Positions 58,901-64,000 of a DNA stretch of 64,000 bases are shown here, piece by piece. Source of the stretch: Verrucomicrobiaceae bacterium (GTDB lineage Bacteria > Verrucomicrobiota > Verrucomicrobiia > Verrucomicrobiales > Akkermansiaceae); assembly GCA_051252135.1 (NCBI GenBank), contig JBPOGH010000021.1, forward strand, positions 1 to 64,000, in the 5' to 3' direction. The translations under genes were made by a program, and so were the position numbers. The notes under the pieces were generated by a model. It made no database searches. It worked only from the letters and a program-made list of their open reading frames with translations, and was not told the origin of the DNA. How positions within the stretch are numbered: position 1 is the stretch's first letter; every line of letters begins with the position of its first letter.

Positions 58901-61505
58901 TCCCACCTACCACCTCATCGCCAACTCCACCGACGTCACCAACTCCCAATACAGCGGCGGCTCCGATGGCGTCCACTTCTCGGGCACCCTCGTCTACGAT
59001 GGGAAAGTCTACGATCACATCGAGTTCGAAAACCGCGGTGAAGCATCCACCTACGTCTCCGGTAAAAACAAATGGCGCATGCACTTCAACCGCGCCCGCC
59101 GCTTCGCACCTCGCGACAACTGGGGTGAAAAATACGGCCGCACCTGGAGCAAGCTCAACCTCCAGTCCATCTCCAGCCCTTGGGCCGCCGTCAACCGGGG
59201 AATGGCCGGACTCGATGAATCACTCACCATGCGCCTCTACGGACTCGCCGGAATCCCCAGCCCCCGCACCCACTACTTCTCCTTCCGCGTCATCGATTCC
59301 GCCTCCGAAACCAACCCCTCCGATCAATATTCCGGAGACCTCTGGGGACTCTACCTCGCCATGGAACAACCCAACGGATCCTTCCTCGACGAACGCAACC
59401 TCCCCGATGGCAACATCTACAAAATCGAAGGAGGCTCCGGAGACAAAAAGGAACAAGGCAACACCCAGGTCACCAACTCCTCGGACTGGAGCTCCTTCTA
59501 CTCCGCCTCAAACAGCGCCCAAACCGAACAATGGTGGCGCGATAACATGCACATGCCCGGTTACTACTCCATGCGCTCCCTCAACCGCCTCCTCGGAAAC
59601 GTCGATATCCGCATCGGTTACAACCACTACTTCTACCACGAGCCCACCCTCGACCAATGGCACGTCATGCCCTGGGACCTCGATATGATGTACATCGCCG
59701 AAACCCACCAGGCCGGCGTCATCCGACAGCAAAACTCCATCCTCAACCACTCCCAACTCGCCATCGAATTCCGCAACCGCGCACGCGAAATCCTCGACCT
59801 CGTCGCCTCCAACGACAGCCCCACCGGCGGCCAAATCGGACAACTCGTCGACGAATACGCCGACATCGTCAACCCCACCGGCCAAACACACACCTGGGCG
59901 GACGTCGATGCCTTCATGTGGAACTACCACCCCCGCACCAACGGCTCACCCGGCAATGCCTCCGGACAAACCAACCACAAAGGCAACTTCTACGCCTCAC
60001 CCTTCACCGACTCCCGCTTCGGAGGAACCTACCAACGCACCCTCATCTCCGAAGACCATGAAGGCTACGTCAACCACATCATCAACTACACCACCGACAC
60101 CTTTACCGGCGGAAACTGGTCCCCCGGAAACGGCATCCCCGCCGGCTACGGATACGAGTATCTCAATGACGAAGCCGACGACCCCAACATCCCCAACAAA
60201 CCCACCCTCGCCTACACCGGCCCCGCCGGATTCCCCGTCAACGGACTCTCCTTCAGCAGCGGCACCTTCTCCGATCCCAACAGCAACAACTCCTTCGGGA
60301 AAATGCGCTGGCGCATCGCAAAAATCCTCGCACCCGGACTCCCCGGCTACCAACCCAACACCCCCCGAACCTACGAGATCGAGACCGTAGCCACCTCACC
60401 CGAAATCCTCTCCTTCAACAGCGCCTACCAATTCTCCCCCGATCCCATCCAGCCCGGTGCCACCTACCGCGTCCGCGTCCAGCACGAGGACTCAACCGGC
60501 CGCACCAGCCACTGGTCCGATCCCGTCGAATTCCTCGCCGCTGCTCCTAGCACCACTCTCTGGAGCGATCACCTCGTGATCTCCGAGATCATGTACAACC
60601 CGCCCCAGCCCAATGCCAGCGAGTCCCTCGTCTCCACCAACAACAACGACTTCGAATTCATCGAACTCACCAACATCTCGTCCACCATCACCCTCGACCT
60701 CACCGGGCTCGACTTCTCCGCCGGCATCACCTTCGACTTCGCCACCGCCTCCCTCACCGCCCTCGCCCCCGGCGCCTCCGTTCTCCTCGTAAAAAACCAG
60801 GCCGCCTTCGAAGCACGCTACGGCACCGGCCTCCCCGTCATCGGCACCTACCCCAATTCCCTCTCAAATGGCGGAGAACAAATCACCCTCTCCTTCGCTC
60901 AAAACACCCCCATCATCGACTTCATCTACGGCACCGCCTCCCCCTGGCCCTCCGCGCCCGATGGCGGAGGCGTCTCACTCATCCTCATCAACCCCACCTC
61001 CGGACCCGACCATTCCCTTGCCGCCAACTGGACTGCCGGAATCCAAAATGGCACCCCCGGAACACCGGAACCCGAAGGCCTGTCCTACTCCGATTGGCTC
61101 GCCGATAACTTCACCCCCGGAGAACTCGGCAACCCCGCCATCTCCGGAGAAAACGCCGATCCCGACAACGACGGAATCTCCAACCTCCTCGAGTACGCCC
61201 TCTTCAGCGATCCCCAATCCACCGACCCGCTTGAATCCCTCATCACCTCCTCCTTTGTCGAGGACGGCGGACAAACCTACTTCACCTTCACCTACCGGCA
61301 GCGCACTCCCGCACCGGAACTCACCTACATCCCCCAAATCTCCACCGGGCTCCAGACCTGGCGCGAAGGACCTTCCCACCTTGTCGAATTCTCAAATGTC
61401 GACCATGGCAATGGCTCCAGCACCGTCACCGTCCGCTCCACCAGCCCATTCACCATACAAGCCAGAGAGTTCGCCCGCCTAAAGGTGATCCGCTCCGCGC
61501 CCTAA
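55932..61505 (+). CDS. Large secreted lamin-tail-domain / CotH kinase-like / FN3-repeat protein
   Basis: Three FN3-like repeats (YG..DGGT...W; Y.F..RATN.AG..W); IVINEIHY..EFIELYN and ISEIMYNP..EFIEL (LTD); CotH-like region (RG...KNKW; GLYLAMEQ; N.Y.Y; PWDLD). Confidence 0.8.
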   Translation: MTAPFRFLFLILPIVAHAAPVSVGDHSFESNALASGGWTNDLSPEWLETGGANNGSGFEEYINGFFAHGTDHLGLNSGHNVWQDLATTYASNTTYTLTVAVGNRAGQTAAGNQSIYSLRDPNNSTYASASANASAIAGAGNFADAPPLTFDTSTNPAAVGETIRIHLSAGNSGRTHFDHIRLDATPNLPDGTAQLTNGNASAITDSSATIGGTVTDIGDDAPTITLFYGPTDGGTDPGTWASSLNLPGTHSSSFSGAISGLNPAQEYFFAARATNSGGSSWATPSSSFETLPALPTVTQSASSSVTATSAGLSATITDTGGDLPTVVFYYGTSDGGTTTGNWTNSISLGQTSSTVSTTLTGLNTSTTYFFRARATNAAGSSWSPSSASFTTTTVTPPSIVNRDPANLTGTSASLRGEVTDNGSDTPTVTLYYGTTDGGTTPGSWQTFINVGPENGNFSRFVSGLTPETTYFFTSRATNLAGTAWAPASATFTTPAALPSSIVINEIHYDPLDETSAEEFIELYNPGSQLVDLSGWQLTDAVTFTFPSGTTIAPGDFVIIAQDPSRISTVFGKTALGPWTGSLNNQGEEIDLRDPSGTLQDQVNYDAGFPWPTGARGGGGSMELLNPALDNDLSGSWRVSGTTSANPSVTTFVPEADTDWHYRKGTSEASSPVSDWRQINFTEDGSWLTGQAPFGFGDNDDNTVLSDMQGSYSSVYLRQEFTVDPLNIPQQLTLRVYVDDGAIIWINGDEVERTHVDDGQIPFDGTGNNHEAAWEEFTIPAAGNYLVGGTNVIAIHALNVGRGSSDFSIDASLTSGSSTGGNGTPTPGAFNSSFSTLTPPAIRQVDHSPEAPTDSDPVTITAKITDPEGMGPVTLDYQTVDPGSYIRQTDPLYDTSWTTVTMVDDGTSGDLLADDSIYTVVLPASLQNHRRLVRYRIHFEDSAGASDTAPYADDKQPNFAYFCYNGTPSWAGSFTPTSATETFPPELMGSLPTYHLIANSTDVTNSQYSGGSDGVHFSGTLVYDGKVYDHIEFENRGEASTYVSGKNKWRMHFNRARRFAPRDNWGEKYGRTWSKLNLQSISSPWAAVNRGMAGLDESLTMRLYGLAGIPSPRTHYFSFRVIDSASETNPSDQYSGDLWGLYLAMEQPNGSFLDERNLPDGNIYKIEGGSGDKKEQGNTQVTNSSDWSSFYSASNSAQTEQWWRDNMHMPGYYSMRSLNRLLGNVDIRIGYNHYFYHEPTLDQWHVMPWDLDMMYIAETHQAGVIRQQNSILNHSQLAIEFRNRAREILDLVASNDSPTGGQIGQLVDEYADIVNPTGQTHTWADVDAFMWNYHPRTNGSPGNASGQTNHKGNFYASPFTDSRFGGTYQRTLISEDHEGYVNHIINYTTDTFTGGNWSPGNGIPAGYGYEYLNDEADDPNIPNKPTLAYTGPAGFPVNGLSFSSGTFSDPNSNNSFGKMRWRIAKILAPGLPGYQPNTPRTYEIETVATSPEILSFNSAYQFSPDPIQPGATYRVRVQHEDSTGRTSHWSDPVEFLAAAPSTTLWSDHLVISEIMYNPPQPNASESLVSTNNNDFEFIELTNISSTITLDLTGLDFSAGITFDFATASLTALAPGASVLLVKNQAAFEARYGTGLPVIGTYPNSLSNGGEQITLSFAQNTPIIDFIYGTASPWPSAPDGGGVSLILINPTSGPDHSLAANWTAGIQNGTPGTPEPEGLSYSDWLADNFTPGELGNPAISGENADPDNDGISNLLEYALFSDPQSTDPLESLITSSFVEDGGQTYFTFTYRQRTPAPELTYIPQISTGLQTWREGPSHLVEFSNVDHGNGSSTVTVRSTSPFTIQAREFARLKVIRSAP

Positions 61506-61565
61506 ACTGCGTTCACGGCAATGCAAGAGACCTCCAGCTTCATTCCCTTTGCAAAAGGAACTCCC

Positions 61566-61967
61566 CTAGCTGATCTCCTCCGCGATAAAGTCGCCCAACA
61601 GCTCATCCAACTCGGTAAAGGCATCGTCCATTTCCTCTTCGATCCCCGCAAGATGATCTGATTCCGTTCTCGAATACTCCCCACGGTCCTCATTCCGCGT
61701 TTGGCACCACTGGCTCGCATTGAGCACGTCCACCATCGCGCTGGCACCTACCAGATCAAACGAATTGATAATCCGGCTGTGATCGAGCCCGCTCTGCCAA
61801 AAATCATGCAGACCATCACCTTCCTCAAGAAGCTGGACGGTCTCTACGACATCAAGGACAGCCCGCTCTTCACGACTCGGTTTGCTCTCCCCTGCCTCCT
61901 CGCTCAACTCATCAACCAGGATCAATACCTCATCACTCCACTCAACCTTCACTCTTCCAATATTCAT
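61566..61967 (-). CDS. Acidic hypothetical protein (weak DUF4375/DMP19 resemblance)
   Basis: Start placed at MNIGRV; GLHDFW motif; very acidic. Confidence 0.55.
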   Translation of the reverse strand: MNIGRVKVEWSDEVLILVDELSEEAGESKPSREERAVLDVVETVQLLEEGDGLHDFWQSGLDHSRIINSFDLVGASAMVDVLNASQWCQTRNEDRGEYSRTESDHLAGIEEEMDDAFTELDELLGDFIAEEIS

Positions 61968-62049
61968 CTCGCCCTTGTGTTGCCGATGATCTTTTCCCCG
62001 GTCAAGGATCTGTTGAAAAAACCAGCCAACTTTATCCGGTTCGAAGCAC

Positions 62050-62086
62050 AAAAAAAGGTGACCCGCTTTCGCAGATCACCTTTTGA
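62050..62086 (-). terminator. Intrinsic terminator after gnd
   Basis: A-run + AAGGTGA...TCACCTTTT stem. Confidence 0.65.
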
Positions 62087-62107
62087 AAAAATCGGAGATT
62101 CTCCGCC

Positions 62108-63541
62108 TTAGCCAATAAGCTCGGGCCAATCTTCCGTGTGGAAGAACTCGCCCTCCGGCTTGTCCGTGCGCTCGTAGGTGTGCGCACCGAAGAAATCACG
62201 CTGCGCCTGCAAGAGGTTCGCAGGGAGACGCTCGGCACGATACGCATCGTAGTAGGACAACGATCCACCAAAGGAAGGAACCGGAATGCCGTTCGTCGCA
62301 GCAAGAGCCACCACTTCACGCCAGTCCTGCTGTCCGTCATTAAGCACCTGCGTGAAGAACGGGGAAAGCATCAGGTTGGTCGGAGGAGTATCGGACTGAT
62401 AAGCCTCGGTGATGCGGTTCAGGAAGCGGGCACGAATGATGCAACCACCACGCCAAATCTTGGCAATCTCACCAAGCTTAAGATTCCAACCCTTGTCAGC
62501 ACCCACCTTCGTGATCAGGTCAAGACCCTGCGCGTAGGAAACAATCTTGGAAGCGTAGAGAGCATTGCGCACCTTCTTCACCAAATCCTCCTTGCTCATC
62601 TTCAGATCGAAATCCCAATTGCTTGGTCCCTGAAGAATGCCACTCGCTACCTTACGCTGATCACGCATCGAGGAAAGAATCCGCGCTTCCACGGAACCCG
62701 CGATTGTCGAGAACGGCACCGCCTGCTCAACCGAGCCCATCACCGTCCAACGTCCGGTGCCCTTCTGGCCCGCTTTGTCCACGATGAGATCAACGATGTC
62801 CTTGCCCGTCTCAGGATCCTTCTGCTTGAAGATGTTCGCCGTGATCTCGATCAGGAAGGACTCAAGGTCTCCCTCATTCCAGTCGGCAAAAATATCAGCC
62901 AGCTCTTCGTTCGAGAACCCGGCCGCCTTGAAAATATTGTATGCCTCACAGATCAACTGCATGTCACCATACTCGATGCCGTTGTGAACCATCTTCACAA
63001 AGTGACCTGCGCCACCCTCACCAATGTGCACCACGCAAGGCTCGCCATCGACCTTTGCCGAGATGCTCTCGAAGATAGGCTTCATGATTTCCCAGGTCGA
63101 CTCAGGTCCACCGGGCATGATGGAAGGGCCTTTAAGCGCGCCTTCTTCACCACCGGATACACCCGCTCCAATGAAACGGAAACCAGCCTCGCCGACATAC
63201 TTGTCGCGACGCTCAGTGTCGGTGTAGAGAGAATTGCCACCATCAATGATGATGTCACCTGGATCGAGGAGAGGCATGAGATCCTTGATCACATAATCAA
63301 CTGGTGCGCCCGCTTGAACCATGATTTGAATTTTACGGGGAACAGCAAGAGACTCGACAAACTCTTCGAGAGTCTCGGCTCCGACGAGCTGCTTACCGGG
63401 ATTTTCCTCAATGAACTCAGTCATCTTGGAGGTGGTGCGGTTGTAAACCGAGACTTGAAAGCCGCGGCTTTCAACGTTGAGAACAAGGTTCTGACCCATG
63501 ACGGCCAGCCCAATTAGTCCGAAATCACTTTTCTTTTCCAT
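62108..63541 (-). CDS. gnd: 6-phosphogluconate dehydrogenase (NADP+, decarboxylating)
   Basis: GLIGLAVMGQNL; IDGGNS; VSGGEEGA; KMVHNGIEYGDMQ; QAQRDFFGAHTY. Confidence 0.97.
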   Translation of the reverse strand: MEKKSDFGLIGLAVMGQNLVLNVESRGFQVSVYNRTTSKMTEFIEENPGKQLVGAETLEEFVESLAVPRKIQIMVQAGAPVDYVIKDLMPLLDPGDIIIDGGNSLYTDTERRDKYVGEAGFRFIGAGVSGGEEGALKGPSIMPGGPESTWEIMKPIFESISAKVDGEPCVVHIGEGGAGHFVKMVHNGIEYGDMQLICEAYNIFKAAGFSNEELADIFADWNEGDLESFLIEITANIFKQKDPETGKDIVDLIVDKAGQKGTGRWTVMGSVEQAVPFSTIAGSVEARILSSMRDQRKVASGILQGPSNWDFDLKMSKEDLVKKVRNALYASKIVSYAQGLDLITKVGADKGWNLKLGEIAKIWRGGCIIRARFLNRITEAYQSDTPPTNLMLSPFFTQVLNDGQQDWREVVALAATNGIPVPSFGGSLSYYDAYRAERLPANLLQAQRDFFGAHTYERTDKPEGEFFHTEDWPELIG

Positions 63542-63684
63542 GGCGATAATCCGCTTTTGGCGGGGCGGTTGCCTTAGCCATCTATCCCCGAAAAGGCAAA
63601 TGCAATCTGCCTGACACCTCAATTGACCAATCCGGCCCTTCCCCGCTGGCTCACTTTCCGCTAGCGTCCCAACCAGCCACCAAC

Positions 63685-64000
63685 ATGCTCACCGACCCCG
63701 TCAACATCAGCTTCCAAATCCCCGCCCGCGACCCTCTCGGACGCGAGGAAATCATGGGCAAGCTCCGCTTCCTCCCCGATCATGTCGAACTCGCCTGGCG
63801 GCTCAAAGGCAACGTCTTCTCCGGAGGAAAAAGCGAAATGCAAACCATCGACCTCCCCTACGGCGAGATCGAACATGTCGATCTCGTCAAAAAATGGTGG
63901 AAAATCCGCCAAATCGTCTTCCGCGTCTCCGATCCCCGCCTCCTGAGTGAGATCCCCGCCGCCGAAATGGGAAAACTCACCATGGACATCGACGAGCGCT
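63685..64000 (+). CDS. Hypothetical protein, runs off the window end
   Basis: ATG followed by an open frame with C-ending codon bias (MLTDPVNISFQIPARDPLGREEI...). Confidence 0.6.
   Translation, partial: MLTDPVNISFQIPARDPLGREEIMGKLRFLPDHVELAWRLKGNVFSGGKSEMQTIDLPYGEIEHVDLVKKWWKIRQIVFRVSDPRLLSEIPAAEMGKLTMDIDER

Noticed and set aside
8189..61482. Many long Pro/Ser/Arg- or Gly/Glu/Val-rich alternative-frame ORFs (e.g. 10943-12469, 34819-36393, 45999-47885, 46487-48121)
   Set aside because: Shadow frames produced by the extreme C/G third-position bias; they overlap recognisable genes.
1..64000. Global UGA reassignment (genetic code 4 or 25)
   Set aside because: TGA ends conserved genes at expected positions (hisS, tilS) and Trp uses TGG; in-frame TGAs occur only at specific sites followed by hairpins.

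Overview
Bacterial chromosomal segment, most likely Verrucomicrobiales (inferred from several PEP-CTERM proteins, lamin-tail/CotH and ASPIC-UnbV proteins, a long-form integron integrase and a TGTTC-N4-GAACA-like LexA box). Positions 1-8.1 kb are a sedentary integron. It has 11 minus-strand cassettes with 10 complete attC sites, the 3' end of a group IIC-attC intron in an 11th attC, an exact duplicate cassette next to attI, and an intI split by a 218-bp MITE. The rest is mostly housekeeping and envelope genes (ribE, hisS, aspS, metF, scpA, nadD, metG, rplI, murI, tilS, ispE, clpX, gnd), a RAYT transposase beside an intI fragment, and a cluster of large secreted proteins. The main hidden signal is three genes that the ORF track breaks at in-frame TGA codons, each followed by a SECIS-like hairpin, so they are probable selenoproteins. 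They are an ArsC with Sec at the Cys12 position, a signal-peptide/outer-membrane-barrel-like protein with a UxxU motif, and a ~1137-aa FG-GAP/ASPIC-UnbV/redoxin/TPR protein. A second hidden signal is four complete (plus one partial) ~203-218-bp MITE-like elements with different ends but a shared ERIC-like core, which have disrupted or remodelled genes. All calls were made by eye; no database searches were run.
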